A DNA stretch of 64,000 bases, from NCBI GenBank assembly GCA_001799635.1, contig MGTV01000013.1:21467-85466 (forward strand), written 5' to 3'. Position numbers and translations under genes: made by a program. The stretch is from Elusimicrobia bacterium GWA2_62_23. GTDB taxonomy: Bacteria > Elusimicrobiota > Elusimicrobia > Elusimicrobiales > UBA9959. Of this stretch, positions 51,169 through 60,178 are shown in pieces. Below the pieces are notes generated by a model. That model had not been told where the DNA came from, did not search any database, and saw nothing but the letters and a program-made list of their open reading frames with translations. Every line of letters begins with the position of its first letter. Positions within the stretch are counted from its first letter, which is position 1.

Positions 51169-51253
51169 CTGATACGCGAATGCGCCATTCAAATAATTAT
51201 CAAATTTTCCAGAAGATAAAATCATAAAAGTCGCAAATTGGTATCATATACCT

Positions 51254-52552
51254 ATGAAATTCCCCGGCAAAAGAAAGAGCGAGCATTACTTCCCCGTGAG
51301 CGACAAAGGCCGCGAGAGCGCGGACCCGCATTTTGTGCAGGCCGAACCTTTCTACCTGGTAGGCATAGACCAGCTGCTGGTGGACATTGAGTGCGCGGTG
51401 GAGCCGGACTTTCTGGCGCGCTACGGCCTGAAGAAGGGCGAATCCCAGATCCTGGACGACAAGGCGGCCGACGAAATTTACCGCGACCTGAAGACCAGGA
51501 ACAAGATCCTTGGCGAATACGCCGGCGGCTCGGTGGGCAACACCCTGCATAATTATTCCGTGCTCTCCGACGAGCGCTCGGTGGCGCTGGGCGCCATCAG
51601 CCGCAACATCACCCTGGGCGACTACGCTTTCAAATATATCCGCAATACCAGCTCCAAGGTGGACCTGGCCTACCTGCAGCCTTCGGACAACCCCATGGGC
51701 CGCGCCGTCTGCTTCGTCACGCCGGACCGGGACCGCACCTTCGGCATCAGCAAGGGCTGCATGAACGATCTGTCCCCGGACTATATCCCCGCGGACGTGG
51801 TGGAGAAGGCCTCGTCGCTGCTCATCTCGGCCTACCTGCTGCGCAGCGAGGCCGACCCCATCTTCAAGTCCACGGTGCACGCCTGCGAGATAGCCCTGAA
51901 GGCGCGCGTGCCGGTGGTAATGACGCTCGGCACCGCCTCGCTCATTGAGTCCAAAAAGGACTTCTTCCGCGATTTCATAAAGAAGTACGTGACCGCCGTG
52001 GCCATGAACGACCAGGAAGCCCTGGCGCTCACCGGCATAAAGGACCCGCTGCTGGCGGCCGAGAACACCCTGGACCTGGCCGACCTGGCCCTGCTCACCG
52101 TGGGCGAGCACGGCCTGTACCTGGCCGGCTACGTGGACGAGAACTACGCCCGCAAGACCACCCACAAGCTGCATACCAAGTCGCTGGTGGACTACAACCT
52201 CTACGAGTTCAGCCGCCCCATGCGCCTGGAAGACTGCAAGCACCCCATAAAGATCTACAGCCACATCAACCCGTTCCTGGGCGGGCCGGCCATCATAAAG
52301 AACACCAACGGCGCCGGCGACGGCGCCCTGGCCGCCCTGCTGCACGACGTGGGCGCGCGCAAATACCACCAGACCAAGGTGCCCAAGTCGCCCAAGAACT
52401 CGGTGAATTCCCTCACCTATTCCTCGCTGTCGCAGATCTGCAAGTACGCCAACCGCGTGAGCTACGAAGTACTGGCGCAGAACTCGCCGCGCCTCACGCG
52501 CGGCCTGCCCGAGCGCGAGGACAGCCTGCAGGAAGCCTACTGGGAAGCCTAG
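51254..52552 (+). CDS. gsk: Inosine/guanosine kinase (PfkB family)
   Basis: MKFPGKRKSEHYFPV, VGIDQLLVDIE, AGGSVGNTLHNYSVLSDERSV, NTNGAGDGALAALLHD and YSSLSQICKYANRVSYEVLAQNSPRLTRGLPEREDSLQEAYW track E. coli Gsk almost motif for motif (from memory). 432 aa against about 434 aa. Confidence 0.9.
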   Translation: MKFPGKRKSEHYFPVSDKGRESADPHFVQAEPFYLVGIDQLLVDIECAVEPDFLARYGLKKGESQILDDKAADEIYRDLKTRNKILGEYAGGSVGNTLHNYSVLSDERSVALGAISRNITLGDYAFKYIRNTSSKVDLAYLQPSDNPMGRAVCFVTPDRDRTFGISKGCMNDLSPDYIPADVVEKASSLLISAYLLRSEADPIFKSTVHACEIALKARVPVVMTLGTASLIESKKDFFRDFIKKYVTAVAMNDQEALALTGIKDPLLAAENTLDLADLALLTVGEHGLYLAGYVDENYARKTTHKLHTKSLVDYNLYEFSRPMRLEDCKHPIKIYSHINPFLGGPAIIKNTNGAGDGALAALLHDVGARKYHQTKVPKSPKNSVNSLTYSSLSQICKYANRVSYEVLAQNSPRLTRGLPEREDSLQEAYWEA

Positions 52553-52565
52553 CCCGCCGCCGGGC

Positions 52566-52604
52566 AAAAAAAGGACCGCCGGGGCTGCCCCCGGCGGTCT
52601 TTTT
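52566..52604. terminator. Bidirectional intrinsic terminator
   Basis: aaaaaaa-gaccgccgggg-ctgc-ccccggcggtc-ttttt, between convergent genes. Confidence 0.8.
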
Positions 52605-52621
52605 ACGCCTCCCTCAGCGTC

Positions 52622-53728
52622 CTACTCCGGTATCTCTTTCGTCAGGCAATGAACGGCGCCGTACTGCCTGCCCGCGCCGCCCGAGTTTATGGGTATCACT
52701 TTGTAGCCTTCCCGCTCGAACACCGATTTAGCCTGCAGCATCTTGTCTTTGACGTGGTCCAGGTACATCATGAACACCGTGTCGTTGACTATGAGCACGT
52801 TAGCCAGCGACAGGTGCACGTCGTAGGGGACCAGCCTGATGTTCTTCACCCCGGCCTCCTTAAGGGCCGGCACGAATTCCTGCTGGTTGGTGATGGCCGT
52901 GTCGTTCTTGAGGAACGTCACGTATTCGTCCGTGTGGCAGACGTCGGACCGGCAGGGAAAGGTGATGGTCTTTGTGCACTTGAAGGTGGCCTCGTAGAGC
53001 GGGTGCCTGAAGCCCGCCGAGTAGCAGCGGCCGGCCTCGTCCATTAGGATGTTGCCGCCGCGCAGCTGGCCGCCGGTCTCGCTCACGTCCAGGCTGTCTA
53101 TGGTGCGCAGTCCGAAGCGCTGCTGCGCGAAGGCCAGGAGGTCGTTCAGCGGCTTGCCCCTTATGATCATGCTGATATTGTCCCAGCGGCCGGTACCCAG
53201 GTCCTTGATGGGCAGCAGGCCGTAGTCACGGAACCAAAGATGGTTCAGGTGGTAATCCTTCTTGGCGAAGGTCTCAAGGTTGGCCATGTTGCCGCCGTAG
53301 GATTTCACGGCCGCCACCGAAGCGCGCAGCTCCGGCCCCGGATTACCCACTAAAATGACCTTTATCCCCATCTTGGTGAGCTCGGCGGCGGTCTTGTCTA
53401 TGGCCGCCATTATTTCTTCTATCTCCATCTCTCCGTAACCCTTGGAGTCGCGGCTGGGGTCGTACGGCGCCAGGAACACGGCCTTCACCCTGTCGAGCGA
53501 AGGAATATACGGCCGGTACCGGCCGGCATTGGGCTGATGGTTGACCACCGGCTGCTCCACATAGACGGGGCGCAGCGGCACCTGCAGCTTCTCCGGCTGG
53601 CCGGCGTCGGTCACCACAAGGCCCTTGGCGGTATCGGAGAAGCCGTCGAAGGCGAACGGGTTAAGGCCGCTGTCGGCCGCGAAGGCCTGACTTACAGACA
53701 GCAATAGTACCAGGACGCTTATTTTCAT
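52622..53728 (-). CDS. Secreted agmatine-deiminase/PAD-like (guanidino-group modifying fold) enzyme
   Basis: Signal peptide MKISVLVLLLSVSQAFA. HLWFRDYGLLP, GGNILMDEAGRCY, CHTDEYVTF and the near-C-terminal GAVHCLTKE (catalytic-Cys-like). Confidence 0.55.
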   Translation of the reverse strand: MKISVLVLLLSVSQAFAADSGLNPFAFDGFSDTAKGLVVTDAGQPEKLQVPLRPVYVEQPVVNHQPNAGRYRPYIPSLDRVKAVFLAPYDPSRDSKGYGEMEIEEIMAAIDKTAAELTKMGIKVILVGNPGPELRASVAAVKSYGGNMANLETFAKKDYHLNHLWFRDYGLLPIKDLGTGRWDNISMIIRGKPLNDLLAFAQQRFGLRTIDSLDVSETGGQLRGGNILMDEAGRCYSAGFRHPLYEATFKCTKTITFPCRSDVCHTDEYVTFLKNDTAITNQQEFVPALKEAGVKNIRLVPYDVHLSLANVLIVNDTVFMMYLDHVKDKMLQAKSVFEREGYKVIPINSGGAGRQYGAVHCLTKEIPE

Positions 53729-53817
53729 AAAAGCCTCTCTTGGGAGAACGGTCGCGCCAATAGTATACCCTCGCCCCCTTGACCTGTCAAGGGGTGCCGG
53801 AAGCGCGGTTTTCGGAA

Positions 53818-55107
53818 TTATTTCAGCGGTTGGGAAAGGAGCCTGCCGGCCAGGTAGCGGCCCAGCGCCAGCACGGTCAGCGCCGGGGGACGGCCCCAGC
53901 GCCCCGGGATCACCGAGGCGTCACAGACATAGAGGTTCTTATATTTAGTCATCAGGCCGGCGTCGGTCACCCGGCCCACGGCGCAGGCGCCGCCAGGGTG
54001 CGAGGCCATGGGCCAGGACCTGAAGATGTCCCTGGCCCCGGCGGCGGCCAGCACCTCCTCGGCCCGCGCACAGCCGGCGGCCAGGCGCGCTTTCTCCGCG
54101 GCGGTAAAAGGCTTGGCGGGGCGGCCGGCGGCGCTGACGCTGCCGCCCAGTTCGTCGCGCGTCTTCACCATGATACCCAGCTGCCGCGGATAGGCGGCCA
54201 GCTTATTGGGGCGCCCGGCCCGGGCGGCCAGCACGGAATAATAGGCGCGCGGCAGGGCCAGGTCGGACAGAAAACAGTCGCTTTCAGGCAGCAGGGCGCC
54301 AAAGGCCATGGGGATCTCGCCGGGCGGGAATTTTTCCTCCGCGGAACCGAACACCACTACGAAAGGGTCGTAGAAGAAGGCGCCGCCCGCGCCGGGCACA
54401 CCGCTGTTGAGCAGGAGTTCCGGAGAGCCGAGCCCGCCGGCGGCCGCTATTACCGCGCCGCCCTCGGCGTTCAGAGTTTTACCCTTAAGTACGTATTCCA
54501 CGCCGCGCGCCCGGCCGCCGGTCACCAGCACGCGCTTCACCAGGCCCCCCGTTACCAGCTCGGCCCCGGCCGCCGCTGCGGCCAGGGCCAGGTCCCGCGC
54601 CGTGCGCTTGGCGCCGTAAGGGCAGCCGAAGGCGCAGTTGCCGCAGCCCGGGCGGCAGCAGGCGGGGTCTATGAATTTTTCCAGTTTCTCCCAGCTATAC
54701 CCCAGGGCCCGGGCCCCGGCGGCGATCTTCCTGGCACGGGGGCCTATCAGCCGGTCCGGCAGCGGCGCGCAGGGGCTGTCCGCCCTGGCGGCCGCCACGT
54801 GCGGGCGCAGGTCTATGCCGCGCCGGTCGAAAAGGGCGTAGTCCGGCTCGTAAGCTACCGCGTGATAGACCACGGAACTGCCGCCCAGCGTCAGGGCGCG
54901 CGTGAGCGCCACCAGCCCGTCGGTCACGAACAGGGTTTTGCCTGGGGTGGAGATATAGCCGAGGCCCTGCACGGCCGTGCCTTTTACCGGGGCGCTGTCG
55001 CCACGCTCCAGGAGCAGCACCTTGGCCCCGCCCCTGGCCAGGGCGAGGGCGGCGGAGGCGCCTCCGGGGCCGGCCCCGGCTATGATCACGTCGTATTTTT
55101 TATTCAT
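53818..55107 (-). CDS. GMC-family FAD-dependent oxidoreductase
   Basis: YDVIIAGAGPGGASAALALA dinucleotide fold, plus the C-terminal NLYVCDASVIPG...P.LTVLALG motif. Confidence 0.7.
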   Translation of the reverse strand: MNKKYDVIIAGAGPGGASAALALARGGAKVLLLERGDSAPVKGTAVQGLGYISTPGKTLFVTDGLVALTRALTLGGSSVVYHAVAYEPDYALFDRRGIDLRPHVAAARADSPCAPLPDRLIGPRARKIAAGARALGYSWEKLEKFIDPACCRPGCGNCAFGCPYGAKRTARDLALAAAAAGAELVTGGLVKRVLVTGGRARGVEYVLKGKTLNAEGGAVIAAAGGLGSPELLLNSGVPGAGGAFFYDPFVVVFGSAEEKFPPGEIPMAFGALLPESDCFLSDLALPRAYYSVLAARAGRPNKLAAYPRQLGIMVKTRDELGGSVSAAGRPAKPFTAAEKARLAAGCARAEEVLAAAGARDIFRSWPMASHPGGACAVGRVTDAGLMTKYKNLYVCDASVIPGRWGRPPALTVLALGRYLAGRLLSQPLK

Positions 55108-55116
55108 GGAAGGGCG

Positions 55117-55515
55117 TCAGCCCTTTAAGATCTTTACCCACACTTCGCGGCTGCGGGGGCCGTCGTACTCGCAGAGGTAAAGCCCCTGCCAGGTACCGAG
55201 CTGCAGGGTCTTGTCCTCTATGAAAACCGTCAGCGAGGGCCCGACCAGCACGGACTTGATGTGCGCCGGGGAATTGCCCTCCCCGTGGCGGTAGTCGAAA
55301 TCCTCCGAAACGGCGTCGTCCAGCTTGGCGATGATGTCGCGCTTCACGTCGGGATCGGCGTTCTCGTTGACGGCCAGGCCGCAGGTGGTGTGCGGCACGA
55401 AGACGTGGCAGACGCCCTCGGCGGCTCCGTTCTCGCGCACCAGCGCCTGCACTTCGCGCGTGATGTCGCACATCTCGGACCGGGCCGAGGTCTTGACCTT
55501 GAATTTATGTATCAC
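55117..55515 (-). CDS. YjbQ-family protein (UPF0047, secondary thiamine-phosphate synthase)
   Basis: GVCHVFVPHTTCGLAVNENADPDVKRD and EGNSPAHIKSVLVGPS. Confidence 0.85.
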   Translation of the reverse strand: MIHKFKVKTSARSEMCDITREVQALVRENGAAEGVCHVFVPHTTCGLAVNENADPDVKRDIIAKLDDAVSEDFDYRHGEGNSPAHIKSVLVGPSLTVFIEDKTLQLGTWQGLYLCEYDGPRSREVWVKILKG

Positions 55516-55524
55516 CGCTCCCCC

Positions 55525-56301
55525 CTAAGGGCGCAGGCTGCGCCGCAGCAGGTCCATGTCGGACCTGAAAGTCTTGTCTTCCTTGAGCGCCTTGAACACC
55601 TCGTCGCCCAGCCGTTTGCCGGCGGCGGTGTCGGTAGGGTGGTGCACGCCGCCTATGACGCGGTTGAGGGCGGCCTGGTCGGCGTAGGCCATGAAAACGG
55701 AGGCCTGGGCGGGGCGCAGTTCGGCCAGCATCAGCCCGAAGACCCGGGCCACGGTGGAGTGCCCGCTGGGATAGGCGTAGCTGTCCTCTTTTTCCACGCA
55801 GGGCAGGATATTGATGTCTCGCAGGTAGGGGCGGGGCCGCCGGTACTTGCGCTTGAGCAGATACATCACCGAGGCCGCGTCTATTCGCACCCGCTGGAAG
55901 ATCTTGGCCACGTTGTCGGGCGCGGGCCGGGCGAAAGGCGAAACGGCGCCGAAGAAGGCCTCGTAGCCGGCGTCCTCCTGCAGCCAGGCGGCGGCGCACT
56001 GGTCGTTGGTGCGCACGGCCTGCCAGCGCTTCAGTTCGGCGAGGTCGCGCAGGTCCTCGGGCGAGCCGGGCGCCGGCGGCGGCTGCACCACGGAAGTCTG
56101 CACCTCCCAGGGCGCTATGTAATTGATCCTGTCGTAAGGATCGGCTTCGGGTTCGCCCAGCGGCAGGATATCCGCGAAGCCGAGTTCGGCTCCGGTAAAG
56201 GGATTGCGGAACGGCGCTTCGGGGCCGGCGGCAAAGGCGGAGGCGGCTAAAGCCAGCTGCAGGGCCAGCAGGCGCCTGAGAAGAAAGCTTATTCCTTTCA
56301 T
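55525..56301 (-). CDS. PAP2-family (class A acid) phosphatase, secreted
   Basis: KRKYRRPRP, YPSGHSTVA and NRVIGGVHHPTD. Confidence 0.85.
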   Translation of the reverse strand: MKGISFLLRRLLALQLALAASAFAAGPEAPFRNPFTGAELGFADILPLGEPEADPYDRINYIAPWEVQTSVVQPPPAPGSPEDLRDLAELKRWQAVRTNDQCAAAWLQEDAGYEAFFGAVSPFARPAPDNVAKIFQRVRIDAASVMYLLKRKYRRPRPYLRDINILPCVEKEDSYAYPSGHSTVARVFGLMLAELRPAQASVFMAYADQAALNRVIGGVHHPTDTAAGKRLGDEVFKALKEDKTFRSDMDLLRRSLRP

Positions 56302-56900
56302 ACGGTTATTTTAGCGGTTTTTGCGGCCAGCCTGCACGCCCGGTGGCGGAAACAGGAGACCAGATGGTCGTTCACCAGGCCGGTGGCCTGCATGTGGGCG
56401 TACATGATGGTGCTGCCCACGAACTTGAAACCGCGCCTCTTCAGGTCGGCGCTGAGCGCGTCGGATTCTTTGGAAACGGCGGGGATCTGCCCCAGGCTGG
56501 TCCAGCGGTTGACCTTGGGCCTGCCGCCCACGAAACCCCAGATATATTTCGAGAAGGAGCCGAATTCTTTTTGTACCGCCAGGAAGAGGCGGGCGTTGTT
56601 CACGGCCGCGTTCACCTTGAGGCGGTTGCGCACTATGCCGGGGTCCTTCAGCAGGGCGGCTATCTTCCCGGCGCCGAAGCGCGCCACCTTCTCCGGGTCG
56701 AAGCCGGCGAAAGCCCGGCGGTAGCCTTCGCGCTTGTTGAGGATGGTGGACCAGCTCAGCCCGGCCTGGGCGCTCTCCAGCGTGAGGAACTCGAACTGCC
56801 GCCTGTCGTCCCACACCGGCACGCCCCACTCCTCGTCGTGATAGGGCACATAGAACGGGCTGGCGCCGTAAGCCCAGGAACAGCGATCTTTTTTAACCAT
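56298..56900 (-). CDS. tag: DNA-3-methyladenine glycosylase I
   Basis: RCSWAYGASPFYVPYHDEEWGVPVWDDRRQFEFLTLESAQAGLSWSTILNKREGYRRAF. Confidence 0.9.
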   Translation of the reverse strand: MVKKDRCSWAYGASPFYVPYHDEEWGVPVWDDRRQFEFLTLESAQAGLSWSTILNKREGYRRAFAGFDPEKVARFGAGKIAALLKDPGIVRNRLKVNAAVNNARLFLAVQKEFGSFSKYIWGFVGGRPKVNRWTSLGQIPAVSKESDALSADLKRRGFKFVGSTIMYAHMQATGLVNDHLVSCFRHRACRLAAKTAKITV

Positions 56901-56904
56901 GCCT

Positions 56905-57690
56905 TTACCTGCCCACCTGGCCCAGTACTCCGGCGGTTTTGGGATTTTGGGCCATGGCGGACATTATGGCCGGATTGGAGATCACGGTGACTATCCCGGG
57001 GTTATCCCTAATTACCTCTCCGAGCAGTTTCTGGTCGGCCAGCAGGGCTTTGCCGCCGGGGCTGTCCAGCAGGGCGCCCACGAGTTTGGAAGAAGCCATA
57101 ACGCCGACAAGCTGCTGATCATTCAGCCCGCGCTGCACCACCGGCTTGGCCATGAAGGCCGAAAGGTTGGCGGGGTTCTTCAGATAGGCGGCAAGCGCGG
57201 CCTTGTTGGCCGTGGCCCCGCGCACCGTCTCGCGGGACATGAAGCCTTTCACCACATAATCGTTATTGAACAGCGCCGCCAGGGCCTTGGGATTATCAAG
57301 TAGTTTTTCGGCGGCTTTGCTGAGCGCGTTTTTAACCATGCCGAGCTGCCTGGATTTTTTGGTGTCCGCCGGAGAGGCGGCGGGGGCGGCAGCGGCGGGG
57401 ACGGAAGTTCCTTTAGAGGCTCCGGGGGTTTTTCCCCAGACCACCGAGGAGTCCCCCTCCTGCTCGTCGCCAGGCAGGTCAAAATGCGACTGGTCGCTGA
57501 CCGTGGCGGGAGCCGCAGCCGGCGCCGGCGCCGGGGCCGGGTCGGGGGCCGGAGCCGGAGCGGCAGCCTGTTCCACCGCGGCCGGCCGCGGGCCCAGTAC
57601 CCACTTTACGGCCAGCGCGCCAACCGCCATGCTCACCAGCACCACCAGCACCCATACCATCCAGTGCGTTCCTTTTTCAGCGTCCTGCAT
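56905..57690 (-). CDS. Membrane-anchored Ala/Pro-rich hypothetical protein
   Basis: 261 aa. TM helix WMVWVLVVLVSMAVGALAV, an APAPAPDP linker and a helical C-terminal domain. Confidence 0.5.
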   Translation of the reverse strand: MQDAEKGTHWMVWVLVVLVSMAVGALAVKWVLGPRPAAVEQAAAPAPAPDPAPAPAPAAAPATVSDQSHFDLPGDEQEGDSSVVWGKTPGASKGTSVPAAAAPAASPADTKKSRQLGMVKNALSKAAEKLLDNPKALAALFNNDYVVKGFMSRETVRGATANKAALAAYLKNPANLSAFMAKPVVQRGLNDQQLVGVMASSKLVGALLDSPGGKALLADQKLLGEVIRDNPGIVTVISNPAIMSAMAQNPKTAGVLGQVGR

Positions 57691-57812
57691 TCGTCCTCCG
57701 TGGCGCCGCTTTCTCCGGCACGGCCGATAAGGCCGGCGCCAGCAGGCAGAAAAGAAAGCAAGCGGGCCGCATGAAGGATATTATACCTTTAGCGGCCCGC
57801 GCAGCGGCCGGG

Positions 57813-58286
57813 TCAGGGCGCCTTGGCCGGCTCCTTTTTTTCGGCCGCCTTTTCCTCTTCCTTATCGCCTTTGATAAGGCGCCGGAAACTGGCTATCTCC
57901 ATGGGGTGCAACTCCCTGTCGCCGGGGTTGCGGATGGTGAAATTTATCCGGTAGCCTTCCGACATGGAAAGGTTGGCGTACTGCGCCTCGTTGGGGTTCA
58001 GCGCCAGCACCAGCGCCCGCACGCCGCCCTTGTCCAGGGTGGCCAGCACCAGCAGGTTCTGCAGGATGGTGGCCGTCACCAGCTCCTTGCGGTCGTCCTT
58101 GAGCAGGGCGCTGAAGGTCACCGTCATGTCCAGCCGGCTGCCCGGCTTTATGAAGGCCAGCTCGGCCTTCTCCACGGGCACCACCACGGCCCTGTAGCCG
58201 GGCGGCACCGCCAGCTCCGCCGCGAACCCGAGCCCCGCGCCAAGGGAAAGTACCGCCGCCAACGCCAGCATCTTCAAGGTCTTCAT
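57813..58286 (-). CDS. Secreted protein with an RcpC/CpaB-like beta domain (weak call)
   Basis: Signal peptide. VPPGYRAVVVPVEKAELAFIKPGSRLDMTVTF resembles the CpaB C-terminal domain. No other tad genes are nearby. Confidence 0.4.
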   Translation of the reverse strand: MKTLKMLALAAVLSLGAGLGFAAELAVPPGYRAVVVPVEKAELAFIKPGSRLDMTVTFSALLKDDRKELVTATILQNLLVLATLDKGGVRALVLALNPNEAQYANLSMSEGYRINFTIRNPGDRELHPMEIASFRRLIKGDKEEEKAAEKKEPAKAP

Positions 58287-58398
58287 ATGTCCTCCTGAGG
58301 GTGAGTTTTACCGTCCGTTGATTAGTGCCCCCCGGCACCCGGAAAGTTCACTCTAAATTTCCTAAAATATAGGGATACGAGCTTTCCGAGGTATCCAA

Positions 58399-59952
58399 AT
58401 GGCTAAAAACAAAGTTCTCCTGATAATCCGCGACGGCTGGGGCATGTACCGGCCAGACAAGTTCAACGCGGTGCGCAACGCCAAGACGCCCGTGATGAAG
58501 CGCCTGCTCAAGCAGTACCCCAACACGGTGCTGGAACCCGCCGGAGAATCCGTGGGCCTGCCCAAGGGCTACCAGGGCTCCTCCGAAGTGGGCCACCTCA
58601 ACATAGGCGCCGGCCGCATAGTCATCCAGGAGCTCAAGCGCATCAAGGACATGATAGAGGACGGCACCTTCTTCGGCCGCCCCGCCCTGAAAGCCGCGCT
58701 CGATAACTGCGTGGCGAAGGGCTCCGCCCTCCACCTCATGGGCCTCGTCCAGGACGAGGGCGTGCACGCGCACCAGGACCACCTGTACTCCATCATGCGC
58801 GAGGCCAAAAAGCGCGGCATAAAGAAAGTGTGGATACATTTCTTCTCCGACGGCCGCGACACGCCCCCCCGCTCCGCCCTCGCTTTTGTGAAGATGCTGG
58901 ACGAAGTCATAAAGGAGACCGGCAACGCCGCCGTGGGCACCATCATGGGCCGCTACTACGCCATGGACCGCGGCGAGAAATGGAGCCTGGTGGACCAGAC
59001 CTATAACGCCCTCACCAAGGCCGAAGGGGCGAAGGCCGCTTCCGCCGAAGCCGCGCTGAATTCCGCCTACGAGACCCTCAAGAACCCCAACGGCCAGCCC
59101 ATAGTGGACGAGTACATCCCGCCCACCATCATAGGCGATTACCCCGGCATGAAAGACGGGGATTCCGTCATTCACTTCAACTTCCGCCAGGACCGCGCCA
59201 TAGAGCTCACCAAGTGCTTCGTGGAGGACAATTACCCCGGCAACCGCTGGAAGAAACTGGACGTGGTGTATTGCGGCCTCACCCGCTATTACGACGAGTT
59301 CAAGTTCAGCGCCCTGCCGCCCATGGACGAGGGCGGCGGCATGGACAACCTGCTGGGGCAGGTGATCTCGGCCGCGGGCCTCAAGCAGCTGCGCCTGGCC
59401 GAAACGCAGAAGTTCAAGCACGTCACCTCCTTCTTCAACGGCAAGCGCACCGAACCCTACAAGGACGAGGACCAGGTGGAGATAAAAGGCACCTGGGACC
59501 CGGCCACCTTCGGCGAGCACCCCGAGATGGACGCCCCGAAAGTGCGGGAACGCGCCCTCAAGGAGATAGCGTCGGAAAAATACGACTTCATAGTGGTGAA
59601 CTTCGCCAACTGCGACATGGTGGGCCATACCGGCATCTACGACGCCACCGTGCGGGCCGTGGAGATCACCGACGTCAGCGTGGGCATGCTCGCCGACGAG
59701 GCTCTGAAGCGCGGCTATACCGTGATGATCAGCTCGGACCACGGCAACGCCGAGGAGATGTGGGACTACAAGATCAATATGCCCAAGACCTCCCACACCG
59801 TGAACCCCGTGGAATTCATTTACGTGGCCAAGGACGCGGACAAGGTGAAGCTGCGCCCGCACGGGATACTTTCGGACATCGCGCCCACGGTGCTGCAGGT
59901 GCTGGGCCTGCCCCAGCCCGCGGACATGACCTCCAAGTCGCTCTTGGCCTGA
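58399..59952 (+). CDS. gpmI: 2,3-bisphosphoglycerate-independent phosphoglycerate mutase
   Basis: LLIIRDGWG, SEVGHLNIGAGR, DGRD, NFANCDMVGHTG and SDHGNAE. Confidence 0.9.
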   Translation: MAKNKVLLIIRDGWGMYRPDKFNAVRNAKTPVMKRLLKQYPNTVLEPAGESVGLPKGYQGSSEVGHLNIGAGRIVIQELKRIKDMIEDGTFFGRPALKAALDNCVAKGSALHLMGLVQDEGVHAHQDHLYSIMREAKKRGIKKVWIHFFSDGRDTPPRSALAFVKMLDEVIKETGNAAVGTIMGRYYAMDRGEKWSLVDQTYNALTKAEGAKAASAEAALNSAYETLKNPNGQPIVDEYIPPTIIGDYPGMKDGDSVIHFNFRQDRAIELTKCFVEDNYPGNRWKKLDVVYCGLTRYYDEFKFSALPPMDEGGGMDNLLGQVISAAGLKQLRLAETQKFKHVTSFFNGKRTEPYKDEDQVEIKGTWDPATFGEHPEMDAPKVRERALKEIASEKYDFIVVNFANCDMVGHTGIYDATVRAVEITDVSVGMLADEALKRGYTVMISSDHGNAEEMWDYKINMPKTSHTVNPVEFIYVAKDADKVKLRPHGILSDIAPTVLQVLGLPQPADMTSKSLLA

Positions 59953-60170
59953 TGTTCATAAAACTGAAGGTGCACCCGGGCGAAAGGCGGGACAGGATCC
60001 TCAAAAAAGCCGCCGACGCCTACGAGATCTGGACCAAGGCCCCGCCCGAGCGCGGGCTGGCCAACGCCAGCGCCATCCGCCTGCTGTCGCTGACGCTGGG
60101 CATAAACGCGAAAAAGATACTGCTTATAAAGGGCGCCACGTCTCCGGCTAAGATAGTTAAAGTGATATAA
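59952..60170 (+). CDS. DUF167 (YggU) family protein
   Basis: The ATG overlaps the gpmI TGA (tgatg). 72 aa. IKLKVHPGERRDRI...WTKAPPERGLANASAIRLLSLTLGINAKKILLIKGATSPAKIV. Confidence 0.8.
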   Translation: MFIKLKVHPGERRDRILKKAADAYEIWTKAPPERGLANASAIRLLSLTLGINAKKILLIKGATSPAKIVKVI

Positions 60171-60178
60171 TTTCGCCT

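Noticed and set aside
51200-52567. 455-aa minus-strand ORF
   Set aside because: Antisense to gsk, which matches E. coli Gsk end to end.
53779-55128. 449-aa plus-strand ORF. Similar cases are 55261..56250 (+), 58348..59862 (-), 61301..62536 (-), 62580..63338 (-) and 63339..63914 (-)
   Set aside because: Antisense to well-supported genes (GMC oxidoreductase, YjbQ/PAP2, gpmI, the secreted protein and receiver, and the PMT/TPR protein).
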